The notes under the pieces are model-generated. The model worked only from the letters and a program-made list of their open reading frames with translations. It was not told the origin of the DNA and did no database searches. 45,782 nt of DNA from Candidatus Acidiferrum sp. Its GTDB lineage: Bacteria > Acidobacteriota > Terriglobia > Acidiferrales > UBA7541. The position numbers and the translations under genes are program-made. Position 1 is the first letter of the stretch. Every line of letters begins with the position of its first letter. Positions 18,329 to 29,500 of this stretch are shown piece by piece. The stretch lies in NCBI GenBank assembly GCA_036491775.1, contig DASXBH010000314.1, forward strand, positions 1 through 45,782, read 5' to 3'.

Positions 18329-21300
18329 ATGAGACGACCGTCAACTGTGTTTTGCTGCTTACTCTTGCTGGTGGGTGTAATCGGCGTGTCCCAATTTGCG
18401 CTGAGCCAAGAGGTAACCGCCGCCATCGTGGGAACCGTTGCAGACCCAAGCGGCGCGCCGATCAAGGGCGCGAAGGTCACCGCCACGGATAAAGATCGAG
18501 GCACGGTCTATGAAAGCGAGACCAACGACTCGGGCGCGTACAACGTCAATCGCATTCCCGTCGGAACTTACGAACTGAAGGTGACCGCTTCGGGATTCCA
18601 AACGGCGGTGCACGCGGCGTTCACGTTGGTGCTCAACCAGACGGCACGTGTCGACGTGCAGATGAAAGTGGGACAGGTTTCGGAAAGAGTGGAAGTCACA
18701 GGTGCCGCACCGATCCTGAAGACGGAGAGCACCTCCGTCGACACCGTCATCGACGCGAACACCAACGAACGGCTGCCCCTAGCCTCCCGCAACTATGTTC
18801 AGTTGACGCTACTGGCACCTGGGTCCGTTACACCGAACCCGGACAGCTTTAACAACGGCGACAACACGGCAAGCGGCGGACGCCCTTACATCAACGGGAA
18901 CCGCGAGCAGGCCAATAATTTCGTTCTCGATGGCGTAGACAACAACCAAGTCTCGGATAACCTCGTGGGCTATACGCCAGCGCCGGACGCGATTGAGGAA
19001 TTCAATCTCATCACCCAGAACGCACCCGCCGAGTTCGGCAACTATCAGGGCGGCATTGTCAACGCAACCATCAAGTCGGGGACGAATGCGTTCCACGGCG
19101 CCTTGTGGGAATTCTTCCGCAACGATAAGTTGAACGCAAACAAGTGGGAGAATGGGTTCCTGGGGCCAGGCCAAGCGCTCCCCAAAGATAAACTCCGCTG
19201 GAACATGTTCGGGGGCACGATTGGCGGCCCGATCGTCAAGAACAAACTGTTTTTCTTCTTTGATTGGCAGTCCCAGCGCTTCGATCACCCGTCTAGCACG
19301 CAGAAGGTAGGTGTGTTCACGGCCGCCGAGCGAGGGGGAAACTTCGGAGATATTTGCAACAGTGGATTCACAGCAGGAATTTGTAATGATAGGGACAGCA
19401 AGGGCAATATCACAAACCAGCTCTACGATCCCTTCGTCGCCGGAAACCCGGCCTTCCTGAACAACGTGATCACAGAGCCAATCGATCCGGTCGCTCAGAA
19501 GCTCTTCTCGTCATCTCTGTACCTGTCCCCGACTGGCGCGGGTCTTCAGAATAATGCGACTTACACCCAGGTTCAGGCATTCAATACCAACCAGTACGAC
19601 ATAAAGATCGACTTCAACGCGAGCTCGAATGATCACCTTTCCGGCCGCTACTCCCACGCCAAACAGCACAACCCGACGACGAAGTCTTTTGCTCTGCTGC
19701 CAGGCGGTTTTTCGGATGCTCCGATTGAGAACATCGCGGTAGATTGGAGCCACACCTTCAGTCCAACTCTACTGAACGACGTGCGTTTCGGGATCAATCA
19801 CGTTCGCTTGCACAATGGACCGACATTTAGTAGTGCCGCCGCCGCCGCGGGAACCGATCTTGGCATCGCCGGTGCGAATGCCAACCGGCCGGGGCTGCTG
19901 TTCCTGAATTTCGACACAAACAGCGGACCGCTCACCAACGTTGGCGACCGTTGGATCGAGCAGAAATTTCAGGACGCAGTAATCCAAGCATCCGACGCGG
20001 TAGTTGTTACACACAACCGCCATGTGTTCCACACCGGCTTCGAGTTTTGGCGCGACCGCATCAACACGTTCTACACCGGCAACAATGGCGCCCTCGGTGA
20101 AATCCGATTCAGTGGGCTATATACTGAGAATCCTGCCGGGCATGGAGGGTACGGCGGAGCAGATTTCTACCTCGGTAAAACCGATCTGGTTGACAGAGGC
20201 ATCTCTGGTGGAGAGTGGGGACAACGAGCCAGTATCTTTGGGGTATATCTCCAGGACGACTGGAGGGCTAGCGAGCACCTGACCGTCAATCTGGGACTAC
20301 GCTATGAGGCGCACACCCCTTGGGTGGAAGAAAACAACCGCCAAGACAACTTCGACTTGCTCACTGGGCAGGTCATCGCGCCAAATTGCTCTATCGTAAA
20401 TCTTGGGACGGCACCCACAACCTGTAGAAAAGGCAGTGCCGGCCTCTACAATGGCACCTACGGTGGGAAGGATTTTCAGCCTCGGATTGGCTTGGCTTGG
20501 ACTCCAGGCGCTCTGGGCGGGAAGTCTGTCATCCGGTCGGCGTTCAGTATCTCCTCCTATCTGGAAGGTACGGGGACGAACTTGCGCCTCCCGATCAATC
20601 CTCCGTTTACTCCTGCGGAAACTAGAGTCGCGCTTCCTGGTACGACTACGGGACAGGGAATCATAGCCGGTGGCTCAACCTCTGATCCCTTTGCCGCCTC
20701 GCTGGTTCGCGTCTGGGATCCGCATGTGCAACCTGCGATTACCTACCAGTGGAATTTCACTTGGCAACAACAACTTTCCAACTCAATGACGGTCCAGGCT
20801 GGCTACGTGGGTCAGCATGGAATACATGAGATGGTTCCAACACCGTATCTGCAGGAGCGTTTGAACGGTGAAGCTGGTTGTGTTACAGCCCCCGGGACCC
20901 TGTGCCCGAGTATTTACTTCGGCCAAAATCCAGCCTTCCAGAAGGACATCTCCCAGATTTCGGGTACGGCCTCGACGGGAAGCTCCAACTATCACGCGCT
21001 GCAGGCAGTGCTGCAGAAGCGCTATTCTAACGGCTTGCAATACCAGGTGGCGTATACCTTCTCACGCTGCAGAACCGACAACAGCGGCTATTACGGCAAC
21101 TGGGGCGCGCAGGCGGCTCCGGCCAACCCGTACTATCAGAACCTCTATGACCCCAGAGCGGATTGGGCGAACTGCTTCTTCGATTCCAAGAATGTGCTGT
21201 CCGCCTATGCGACCTACGAGATTCCATTCGGTCACGGAAAACGCTGGGGCGGCGCGTCGAATGCTGTCGTAAACGGAGTGGCCGGCGGGTGGTCCGTCAA

Positions 21301-21766
21301 CCCAATCATCTCGGTGCACTCCGGATTCCCGGTGGCGCTGTATGACTTCAACTTCGCTAACGGTGATTCCGCTGGTACAGGTAGCCGCGGATTACGCCCG
21401 GATTGCGGCTCCGGCGCTGGTAGAACCTTCGGACGGAAGAAGTACTTCGACCCGAGCAGCGGCGCTTTTGCCGGCTATCAGTGGTTCGACTCAACCCCAT
21501 ATACCGATCCTGCGAACGTATTCGGAACTTGTCCGGCGCAGGGACCCGTAGTCGGACCCGGCTATGCGGATATCGATCTGAGTCTGCAGAAGAACTTCCC
21601 AATCACCGAGAGAGTGAGGCTGCAGTTCCGAGGCGACTTCCTGAACGCATTCAACCACGTAAACTTGTATACCCCCAACTCGTCCTGCTGCGGCGGTACG
21701 ATGGGTGTAGTTAGCACATCATCGAGTCCGCGAAACATCCAGTTTGCGCTCAAGCTTTACTATTGA
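18329..21766 (+). CDS. TonB-dependent receptor 1 (Oar-like, N-terminal carboxypeptidase-regulatory-like domain)
   Basis: GTVADPSGA, LPLASRNYVQL, NGNREQANNFVLDGVDNN, KSGTNAFHG..EFFRND, LNLGLRYE, FQPRIGLAW and terminal PRNIQFALKLYY. GTG 18326 is an alternative start. Confidence 0.92.
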   Translation: MRRPSTVFCCLLLLVGVIGVSQFALSQEVTAAIVGTVADPSGAPIKGAKVTATDKDRGTVYESETNDSGAYNVNRIPVGTYELKVTASGFQTAVHAAFTLVLNQTARVDVQMKVGQVSERVEVTGAAPILKTESTSVDTVIDANTNERLPLASRNYVQLTLLAPGSVTPNPDSFNNGDNTASGGRPYINGNREQANNFVLDGVDNNQVSDNLVGYTPAPDAIEEFNLITQNAPAEFGNYQGGIVNATIKSGTNAFHGALWEFFRNDKLNANKWENGFLGPGQALPKDKLRWNMFGGTIGGPIVKNKLFFFFDWQSQRFDHPSSTQKVGVFTAAERGGNFGDICNSGFTAGICNDRDSKGNITNQLYDPFVAGNPAFLNNVITEPIDPVAQKLFSSSLYLSPTGAGLQNNATYTQVQAFNTNQYDIKIDFNASSNDHLSGRYSHAKQHNPTTKSFALLPGGFSDAPIENIAVDWSHTFSPTLLNDVRFGINHVRLHNGPTFSSAAAAAGTDLGIAGANANRPGLLFLNFDTNSGPLTNVGDRWIEQKFQDAVIQASDAVVVTHNRHVFHTGFEFWRDRINTFYTGNNGALGEIRFSGLYTENPAGHGGYGGADFYLGKTDLVDRGISGGEWGQRASIFGVYLQDDWRASEHLTVNLGLRYEAHTPWVEENNRQDNFDLLTGQVIAPNCSIVNLGTAPTTCRKGSAGLYNGTYGGKDFQPRIGLAWTPGALGGKSVIRSAFSISSYLEGTGTNLRLPINPPFTPAETRVALPGTTTGQGIIAGGSTSDPFAASLVRVWDPHVQPAITYQWNFTWQQQLSNSMTVQAGYVGQHGIHEMVPTPYLQERLNGEAGCVTAPGTLCPSIYFGQNPAFQKDISQISGTASTGSSNYHALQAVLQKRYSNGLQYQVAYTFSRCRTDNSGYYGNWGAQAAPANPYYQNLYDPRADWANCFFDSKNVLSAYATYEIPFGHGKRWGGASNAVVNGVAGGWSVNPIISVHSGFPVALYDFNFANGDSAGTGSRGLRPDCGSGAGRTFGRKKYFDPSSGAFAGYQWFDSTPYTDPANVFGTCPAQGPVVGPGYADIDLSLQKNFPITERVRLQFRGDFLNAFNHVNLYTPNSSCCGGTMGVVSTSSSPRNIQFALKLYY

Positions 21767-21781
21767 GCCCGCTGATATGAT

Positions 21782-21816
21782 GGGGCAGATGTTCTTCCAA
21801 CATCTGCCCCTTTTTT
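21782..21816 (+). terminator. Rho-independent terminator after TonB receptor 1
   Basis: Perfect 12-bp stem GGGGCAGATGTT/AACATCTGCCCC, 5-nt loop, then T6. Confidence 0.85.
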
Positions 21817-22767
21817 ATGTTTGAATCCCAAGGTTTCGTTTTATTCATGGCGTTGCTGGCGGTTGCCGAAGTGTTCGGCCAAGCGGCCAAATCTGCACCA
21901 TTAGCTCCGCAACGCGCCATCAAGCTCGCGCAGAATGGACGTTGCGAAGAGGCATTGCCAGCTCTGAAGAGAGCGTCGCAACCCGGTACCGATAAGACCG
22001 TAAGGCGCACAGCAGCGTTTGCAGGTGTGCGGTGCGCCATGTTGATCAATCAAACCGGCGCAGCGGTCGACTTCCTGCAGATGCTGAACCGCGAATTTCC
22101 TAACGATCCTGAGGTCCTCTTCCTTTCCGTCCACACCTACTCGGATCTTTCCACCAAAGCCGCTCAGCAACTGGCGATGACGGCTCCGAACTCAATCGAG
22201 GGGCACAAACTCGACGCCGAAGCCCTCGAAGCGCAAGGCAAATGGGATGCGGCGGAGAAGGAGTACAAAGCCATCCTGGCTCAGAATCCCCAGCTGTCCG
22301 GAATCCATTTTCTTCTTGGGCGGCTGCTGCTTTCCAAACCCGACGCAGGCCCGACCGCTGGCGAAGATGCAAAGAGAGAGTTCCAGGCGGAACTCAAGAT
22401 TGATCCTTCCAATGCCGGCGCCGAATATGTGCTCGGCGAAATGGCGCGCCAAGACAGTCAGTGGGATGATGCCATTCATCATTTCTCCCGTGCCACCGAA
22501 CTGGATGCCGGATTCGGCGACGCATTTCTCGGGCTCGGCGCCGCGTTGCTGTCCGCCAAACGATTTTCGGACGCGATTCCACCTCTTCAGACCGCCGTCA
22601 AGCTGGAGCCACGGAATCCAGGCGCGCACTATAATCTTGCAACCGCACTGACTCGTGCGGGACGCAAAGAAGAGGCAGAGAAAGAATTTGCGATTCACCG
22701 GCAGATGACACAGAAAGGCGATGCGGGACAAGGGCAGCAGGACGCTCAGCCGCAAAACCCGAATTAG
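21817..22767 (+). CDS. Secreted tetratricopeptide repeat protein
   Basis: Signal peptide and TPR motifs (IHFLLGRLL, AEYVLGEM, AFLGLGAAL, AHYNLATAL). The start could be ATG 21847. Confidence 0.82.
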   Translation: MFESQGFVLFMALLAVAEVFGQAAKSAPLAPQRAIKLAQNGRCEEALPALKRASQPGTDKTVRRTAAFAGVRCAMLINQTGAAVDFLQMLNREFPNDPEVLFLSVHTYSDLSTKAAQQLAMTAPNSIEGHKLDAEALEAQGKWDAAEKEYKAILAQNPQLSGIHFLLGRLLLSKPDAGPTAGEDAKREFQAELKIDPSNAGAEYVLGEMARQDSQWDDAIHHFSRATELDAGFGDAFLGLGAALLSAKRFSDAIPPLQTAVKLEPRNPGAHYNLATALTRAGRKEEAEKEFAIHRQMTQKGDAGQGQQDAQPQNPN

Positions 22768-22800
22768 TCAGCACAACTCTTTCTACATACCCGAGAAGCA

Positions 22801-24528
22801 GTGAACAGGTACTCTGCACAGAAAAACCGTTCTAAGTTCTTAGGTTCCCGTCGGGACTTCCTCAGAAATGCGGCAGGAGTTCTCGCCCTCAGCGGACTGC
22901 CGTATCCGCTTCGCGCGATCGCAGATCCGAATTATCCGTTTGAAGAAATTCCGCCAGATAAGAGCGGTATTCGCTGGACCCACACTTCTGGAAGGTCCCC
23001 CGAAAGATTTCTTCCTGAAACGACCGGGCCGGGCTGTGCCTTCCTTGATTACGACAATGATGGATGGATGGACATTTACCTAGTCAATAGTGGGAAGTGC
23101 GACTTCTATGATCCCAATCCGCCATTGCGGAATGCCCTTTATCACAACAATCGGGACGGCACTTTTACCGATGTCACGGAGAAAGCTCGAGTTCCTGGGG
23201 GGGGATACGGTCAAGGAGTAGCCGTTGGCGACTACGATGGTGACGGGTTCCCCGATATCTATGTCACGCAATATGGCAAAAGCATCCTCTATCACAATAA
23301 CGGGGACGGAACGTTCACCGATGTGACGGAGAAAGCCGGCGTGGCAGCGCCGGGATGGTCATCCAGTGCTGTCTGGTTTGACTATGACAACGATGGCAGG
23401 CTGGACCTGTTCGTCTGCCAATTTGTCGAATTCTCGAAAGCGTTGAATAAGTCGTGTGGCCCCGGCGAAGAAGGGAAGCACGGTTACTGCATTCCACGCC
23501 TGTATAAGTCCATGTCGAGCTGGCTCTTTCACAACAATGGGGACGGGACGTTCACCGATGTCAGCAAGAGTTCCGGGATCGCCAACTCTTCCGGGAAAGG
23601 ATGGGGCGTGGTGGCGACGGACCTCAACAACGACGGCCTACTCGATCTGTTTGTCAGCAATGACACGGTGCCGAACTTCATTTTCATGAACCGTGGAAAA
23701 GGTCGCTTTGAAGAAAATGGCACCTTTGCGGGAGTGGCTTACAGCACTGACGGCCGGGCTCGGTCTGGCATGGGTCTGGATTCCGCAGATTTCAACCAGG
23801 ACGGTTGGATGGATCTGTTCGTCGCCAACATCGATTTGGAGCGCTTCTCCATTTATCAGAACAATCACGATGAGACATTCGACGATCAGGCGGGGCCTAC
23901 CGGAATCGGGATGGCGACACGGCTCATGAGCGGTTGGGGGCTGAAGTTCTTCGACTATGACAATGACGGGAATCTGGACCTGTTTCTTGCGAACGGCAAT
24001 CCCGACGACCTTATCGAGAGTCTACACAGTCAGGTCAAGTATCAGGAGCCGCTTATGCTCTTCCATAACACCGGCAAGGGCTTCCAGAACGTCAGTTCCC
24101 AGAGCGGTCCGGTTTTCGCGAAACCTTTGTCAGCTCGTGGAATGGCGATCGGGGATTTCGACAATGATGGCGGAATCGATGTCTTGGTGGCAAACAACGA
24201 TGGGCCACCTATATTACTGCGCAATGCTGTTGGAAGGCAGAATCATTGGCTGGGCATCAATCTGGTCGGGAAGAAATCGAATCCCGGTGCCGTTGGTGCG
24301 CGGATTACCTATCAGTCCGGAGATTTGAAGCAACAGCGAATGAAGGTCGGCGGAGGCAGTTTTCTGTCGTCTCACGACCCGCGCATGGTATTGGGAATCG
24401 GCAAACGTACGAAGTTCGACTGGGTGGAAATACAGTGGCCGCAACCCAGCGGCAAAATCGAGCGTATTGCCGACCTTCCGATCGACCGGTACATCACCAT
24501 CGTCGAAGGTGCCGGTAAATGGAAGTAA
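22801..24528 (+). CDS. CRTAC1-family protein (FG-GAP/VCBS plus ASPIC/UnbV), Tat signal
   Basis: SRRDFLR signal, repeated DYDNDGxxD and LYHNNxDGTFTDV, and C-terminal [14 protein letters not shown]. Confidence 0.88.
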   Translation: MNRYSAQKNRSKFLGSRRDFLRNAAGVLALSGLPYPLRAIADPNYPFEEIPPDKSGIRWTHTSGRSPERFLPETTGPGCAFLDYDNDGWMDIYLVNSGKCDFYDPNPPLRNALYHNNRDGTFTDVTEKARVPGGGYGQGVAVGDYDGDGFPDIYVTQYGKSILYHNNGDGTFTDVTEKAGVAAPGWSSSAVWFDYDNDGRLDLFVCQFVEFSKALNKSCGPGEEGKHGYCIPRLYKSMSSWLFHNNGDGTFTDVSKSSGIANSSGKGWGVVATDLNNDGLLDLFVSNDTVPNFIFMNRGKGRFEENGTFAGVAYSTDGRARSGMGLDSADFNQDGWMDLFVANIDLERFSIYQNNHDETFDDQAGPTGIGMATRLMSGWGLKFFDYDNDGNLDLFLANGNPDDLIESLHSQVKYQEPLMLFHNTGKGFQNVSSQSGPVFAKPLSARGMAIGDFDNDGGIDVLVANNDGPPILLRNAVGRQNHWLGINLVGKKSNPGAVGARITYQSGDLKQQRMKVGGGSFLSSHDPRMVLGIGKRTKFDWVEIQWPQPSGKIERIADLPIDRYITIVEGAGKWK

Positions 24529-24859
24529 CTGAGAAGGCGCGCCGAATTTCTATCGGCCGAAACCCGGGAACCAGGCGTCTACCTGTCTTCGCGGTGATCG
24601 ACGCCTTAGCGTGGTACTGAAGTGCCCCCATGCTGTACCAATCCGAATGGGAGTCCTCGGTCCTTTTTGGTTTCTGCGGGCATGAGGTCTGGAGCAGGGA
24701 ACGCCGTTTGAGTTCCGCTCCAGCAGCTGTGTTGGCACGAGCATTGGGTGCGTCCGGCCTGGGTCTTGAGGTTTGGACCTCTGCTGTTCTATCCGTTCCC
24801 ATTAGTTTCGCTGACCGCGGTTCGGGGCAAAACCGCGCATTGAGGAGGTGTTTTCCCGG

Positions 24860-26485
24860 TTAAGGGAGTGGCAGGCTCTTCAGCTCCGGCGCGAGCTCGT
24901 ACGCCTTTTCGAACTCGTGCTGTGCCTCCGCATTCTTGCCTTCCTGGCGCAACGCCAAGGCGAGGTTGTAGTACGCTTCGGCATAGCGTGGCTTAAGACG
25001 CACCGCATCTGCAAACTCTTTCTCCGCCCCCCGAACGTTGCCAGCCTGCAACAACACTAATCCGAGATTGTTGTGACCCTCCGCGAAGTTCGGATCGCGT
25101 CGCACGAGCTCACGGAATACATTTGCAGCGCTGGTAGTGTCATTTTTCTGGCTGAGCGCCAATCCCAGCTGAACCCGCGCATCGGTGTACTCCGAATTGA
25201 GACTGATGGCTTCTTTCAGTTCGCTGATGCCTTCGTCCAATTTGCTCGATTGCGCCAGGGCCAAACCGAGGTCATAGTGCGCCTCCGCCATGTCGGGATC
25301 GCACATGGTTGCCTGCCGCAATTCCTTGAGCGCGTGCGTGTGCTCGTTCTGACGCCAATACAGCAGGCCGAGGCTCGAGTGGGCCTGTGCGTAGTCCGGC
25401 TTCAGCTCCAGTGCTTTCTCGAACGCTGTCAGAGCCTGCTCGGCGTCCCCCTTGCGCTCCCACGTGAGACCCAAGTAGTAGTAGCCGGTCGGCAGTTCGG
25501 GGCCCTTCTCAATGGCCTTTTGAAAGAAACCAAGAGCGTCGTTGAGTTTTTCGTCCTGTAGTGCGCCTACGCCCTGAAGGGTCAGCAATTTCGCCTCCGC
25601 CAGTCGCGCACGGAACCGCCGTAGCCCGTTGATCTCGTTCAATTCCTTTTGGCCCGCTTCCCGCTGGCCCTGGTCACGCAGAGCGATGCCGAGGTTGTAA
25701 TGCGCGTCTTCGTAGTCAGGTTTCAGCTCGATGCCGCGTTGGAAGGCCGCGATGGCGCCTACCAAGTCGCCGCCAGCCTTCAGTTCCTTTCCAAGATTGA
25801 ATTGTGCTCGGGGATCACTAGGATCGACAGCCACCGCTTTGCGGAATTCCGCTAACGCGCCAGCGTGATCGCCTTGGCGGCGCAGCGTCACACCCAGAAG
25901 CATGTATGCCGTCGTAAGCCGCGGATTCAACTGGAGGGCGCGGCGAAACGCGGCCGCTGCACCGGGAAGATTGGCAAGCTGTCCTTCGGTCAGCCCCAAT
26001 TCAGTGTAAAGTTCGGCTGACGGCTTCAATGCGATCGCTCGCTGAAGTTCAGTCTTGGCGGACGAAGGATTGCTCTGCTCCAGATAAATGCGCGCCAGCA
26101 GTCGATGTGCCGCGGCGTTTGTGGGGGCGAGCCCAATGGCAGCCTGCAGTTCCTTTGCGGCGGCAGGCAGGTCGTGAAGATCGTAGAAGGCGGCACCCAA
26201 TCCGTACTGGGCATCGCCCCATTTCGGTTTTAGGCGCAGCGCAGCTTCGAACTCGTCAACGGCCTGCTTCGCTTCACCTTTGTATTTAAGAGCAAGGGCT
26301 AAGTCGTAGCGAGTGAGGGCATCGTTGGGCTCGACCTGCAGCGCCTTGCGATAGCTGGCGATTGCTTGATCCCATGATTTTTGGCGGGCAAACTCGGTTG
26401 CGTCGCGCCGGTAGGTCGCTGCCGTTTGCGCAAAACAAGATGCTGCCATCAAGAGCGCCAAAACCCGGGAACCCTTCATGACCAC
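24860..26485 (-). CDS. Secreted tetratricopeptide repeat protein
   Basis: Signal peptide followed by an almost continuous array of canonical 34-aa TPRs (e.g. AHYNLGIAL, AYYNLALAL). ATG 26479 is an alternative start. Confidence 0.88.
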   Translation of the reverse strand: MVMKGSRVLALLMAASCFAQTAATYRRDATEFARQKSWDQAIASYRKALQVEPNDALTRYDLALALKYKGEAKQAVDEFEAALRLKPKWGDAQYGLGAAFYDLHDLPAAAKELQAAIGLAPTNAAAHRLLARIYLEQSNPSSAKTELQRAIALKPSAELYTELGLTEGQLANLPGAAAAFRRALQLNPRLTTAYMLLGVTLRRQGDHAGALAEFRKAVAVDPSDPRAQFNLGKELKAGGDLVGAIAAFQRGIELKPDYEDAHYNLGIALRDQGQREAGQKELNEINGLRRFRARLAEAKLLTLQGVGALQDEKLNDALGFFQKAIEKGPELPTGYYYLGLTWERKGDAEQALTAFEKALELKPDYAQAHSSLGLLYWRQNEHTHALKELRQATMCDPDMAEAHYDLGLALAQSSKLDEGISELKEAISLNSEYTDARVQLGLALSQKNDTTSAANVFRELVRRDPNFAEGHNNLGLVLLQAGNVRGAEKEFADAVRLKPRYAEAYYNLALALRQEGKNAEAQHEFEKAYELAPELKSLPLP

Positions 26486-26542
26486 AGCCTAGCACCTCTA
26501 GTCCGGCGGGAGTTCTTCCCTTGGAGTGATTGCAACACAGGC

Positions 26543-26578
26543 AAAAAAATGGCGGACGAGGCTTCGAGCCCCGCCCGC
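26543..26578 (-). terminator. Rho-independent terminator after TonB receptor 2
   Basis: On the minus strand, GCGGGCGGGGC-UCGAA-GCCUCGUCCGC (11 bp with two G-U pairs) followed by CA and U7. Confidence 0.75.
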
Positions 26579-26595
26579 ATGATTACGTGAGCGCT

Positions 26596-29500
26596 TCACC
26601 AGATAAACTTCGCACTGACTTGGCCAATGCGCGGATCACGGGCGTTGGTGACATTTCCGAAGCTGCTGCTGCTGATGTCCCCGCTCGGATTCGTGAATTG
26701 CGCGTGGTTGAAAATATTGAAGAATTCAGCCCGAATCTCGAACGACTTGCCTTCGGTGACCGGGATGATCTTCTGTATTCCGAAATCGGTATTGTTGAAG
26801 CCCGGGCCGTGGAAGAATCGCCGATTAGCGGTGCCGAAAGTGCCACAGTCAGGGCTTGGGGTGGTCCCAGTGAAAAAGCAGTTAGTCGCGACAAAGGCGC
26901 TCTGGTCAAAATATGTGAACGTGCCAGGGGTATTGCGAGGGTTGCGTTTGTGAATTGGTCCCACGAGATTCGGCATATCGGTGGAGGGGCTGCCAGCAAG
27001 CGAGCTGTCTCCCACGCATGGCTCCGGTGTGGCCAGCGCCAACCCCGGACACAGTTGCGTGGCGTTTGGTTGAGAGGGGTCGATGGGATTCCCCTGACCC
27101 ATCTGGATCGGAAATCCCGTCGCGAATCGGGTAATGCCCTGGACTTGCCAGCCTTTCGTCAGCCTTTTCGGCAAGCGCCCGAAGGCCCGATCAAAGGGTA
27201 TGGCCCAGACGTAACTGACCACGAAATTGTGGTGCACGTCAGTCGACGACAGGCCACGGCTCAGCTTTGGGTTGGCAAAATTGACTAAATCGTTAAACCC
27301 TGATGAATTATCCAGACCTTTGGCCAGCGTGTAAGCAGCGAGCAAGGTTACATCTCCGGCTTTGCGTTCCACCGTCACCTGCCCGGCGTTGTAGATCGAA
27401 TTCGCGGTGAGGTGGGTAAAGGTATTGCCGTAGCCGAAGCACAAGCTGTTCGCCTCAGGACAGTAATTCGGGTTGAGCAGGGTATTCCTAGTGCTGTAGA
27501 CCAACGGGCCGTTGCCAAGCTGGAACGTATCCTGCTCGGCATTGGGTCCGCACCCGGGGGCGCCGCTCGAGACGTCGCTATAGCCCTGCGCAGTCATTTG
27601 CATGCAGAAAGCTGCATTGCCCGGGTTGGCTTCCTGTTGAGTTATGAGCCTGTGACCTTCAGTTCCAACGTAAGCCAGCGTCAGCACAGTCGATCTGGTC
27701 AGCTCGCGCTGGATCGAGAAATTGAAGTGCTCGGCGTACGGCAGCCGGTTATGAATGTCGTATCCGGGGAAATAGGACATTGGCTCGTATACCGCGAAAC
27801 TCAGCGTCTTATTTGCCGGGCTGCCCGGAATCGGGACGGTGAACGGGAAGCGTTGTCCCCCACCGTTGTCGGTGCCTCCGTTCCCCCGATTTCGAAAAGG
27901 TTCCTCAAACAAAACGGAACCCGGACTGGTCCAGTACAAGCCAAAGGGAGCATCGGCCACCTCGTAAAACAGGTTCAGATCTTCCACTGACGTGTAGTAC
28001 ATCCCGAAGGCTGCGCGAATACTGGTCTTTCCCGGACCGCCAAAGACCTTGCCCAAGACTCCGTCGCTAAAGCTCGGAGAGTAGGCAAGGCCGAGGCGCG
28101 GCCCGAAATTGTTGTATCGGGTGGGGGCGAGCGTCTTGGGGATGCCGGGATCGCCCGGAAATACAAGACCCGTGGGGGAACCCGGAAAGACCACCGACTG
28201 CTTTCCCGGAACCCAAGTCTGGATCTTGCCCTGCGTGTCATACCAGGGCATGCTTACTTCCCAGCGCAAACCGAGGTTCAGCGTAAGGTTGGGCGTTGCT
28301 TTCCAGGTGTCTTGGGCGTATGCGCCACCATAGCGCGTGCGAGAATCCAAGAGTTGTAACGCCGCCTGGGTGTAGCCACCCCCTGCTCCTGTAGGCGCTC
28401 CAAGAAGGTAATCGGCGAAATCGACGCCGGTCACCGTGCCATCGAAGACAAATGCCCCGTCTTGGCTGGCTAAGTTGCGTTCGTTCACCTGCAGGTAACG
28501 GAATTCTCCCCCGAACTTAAGCGTATGCCTGCCCACTACCTTGGAAAACCCATCCGATACGGTGTAGGTGTTGTTGGGCTGAAACGTGATCAGAGAGGGT
28601 GCGCCGATGCCGAAGTTGTTGAAATAGAGTTGGGGCACATACTCAGGATATCCGGGAGTAGCATCCGGGATAATTCCGAGGGTACCGGCGCCGGTCACGA
28701 AGCCCAAAGAGGAGAGCGACGCTTTTCCACCCGTCGGGTTGTTCAAGTGGGTAGCCGTGCGGAAGAAGGTCGCCCGCGCCTCGTTGACCGCGGTAGGTCC
28801 GATAACCTTGGTGTTACTGATGACGAACTCTTGGGCGCGAGTGGGCGTCTGCGAGGGGAATCCTGGCACGGTGGCGCCGCCTTGCGGCAAGGCGCTGAGA
28901 ACGGTCGAATCGTCAAAGTGGTAATAGAACGACCAGTTGCCCGTCTTGCGATTGTTGAAGTCGATCCGCTCTCCGATCTTGTTATCCGTAACGGTATTTC
29001 TTTGGCTATTGTCGGAATACGTACCTAGGACGGGATCGATGTTGGGTTGGGGAATGTACTTGATAGTTCCAATCGCTGCTGGCGACCAAGCGTTTTGCGG
29101 AATCTGGCCGCCTGGAAACACGCACACGCCATTCAGAGCATCCTGCGGAGTGTTGCAGCCAGCAGTCCAGTACGGCTCTCCGCTGGTCACCGCATAGCCC
29201 AACCGCTGTGATAGCCGTGTGGGCCAGTCGGTGCAGGGCTGGACCCCCGGGGGACAACTGCCGGAGCCACCGGGCCCGCCATCGACTGTGCCGGTTAATA
29301 CTCCAGGCCCGAAGTTGCCCTGAAACTGGGCAGCGGGCGGCAGGTTAACGATGCCGGTTTCTGCGCCTTGCACCTGTCTGGTCCCTTGGTAATCCGTGAA
29401 CCAGAATAGCTTGTCCTTCCAGAAGGGGCCTCCCGCCACGCCTCCGAATTGATTGCGCCGCAGTTCGGACTTTTGGGTCGTGAAGAAATTCCGAGCATCC

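Noticed and set aside
23140-23570. Recurring ~35-45 bp near-repeats (tatcacaacaa..gacgg.ac.tt.accgatgt) as a CRISPR or DNA repeat
   Set aside because: They are degenerate at third codon positions and encode LYHNNxDGTFTDV protein repeats of CRTAC1. The same holds at about 8290-8710.
24494-24863. Small ORFs 24494-24802 (-) and 24630-24863 (+) in the convergent gap
   Set aside because: No clear RBS or motif, overlap with neighbouring gene ends, and unnatural composition.
26530-27288. 252-aa plus-strand ORF, and similar shadow ORFs at 31995-32753 and 37530-38417
   Set aside because: They are antisense to well-supported genes and have no recognisable motifs, as expected for shadow ORFs in GC-rich coding DNA.
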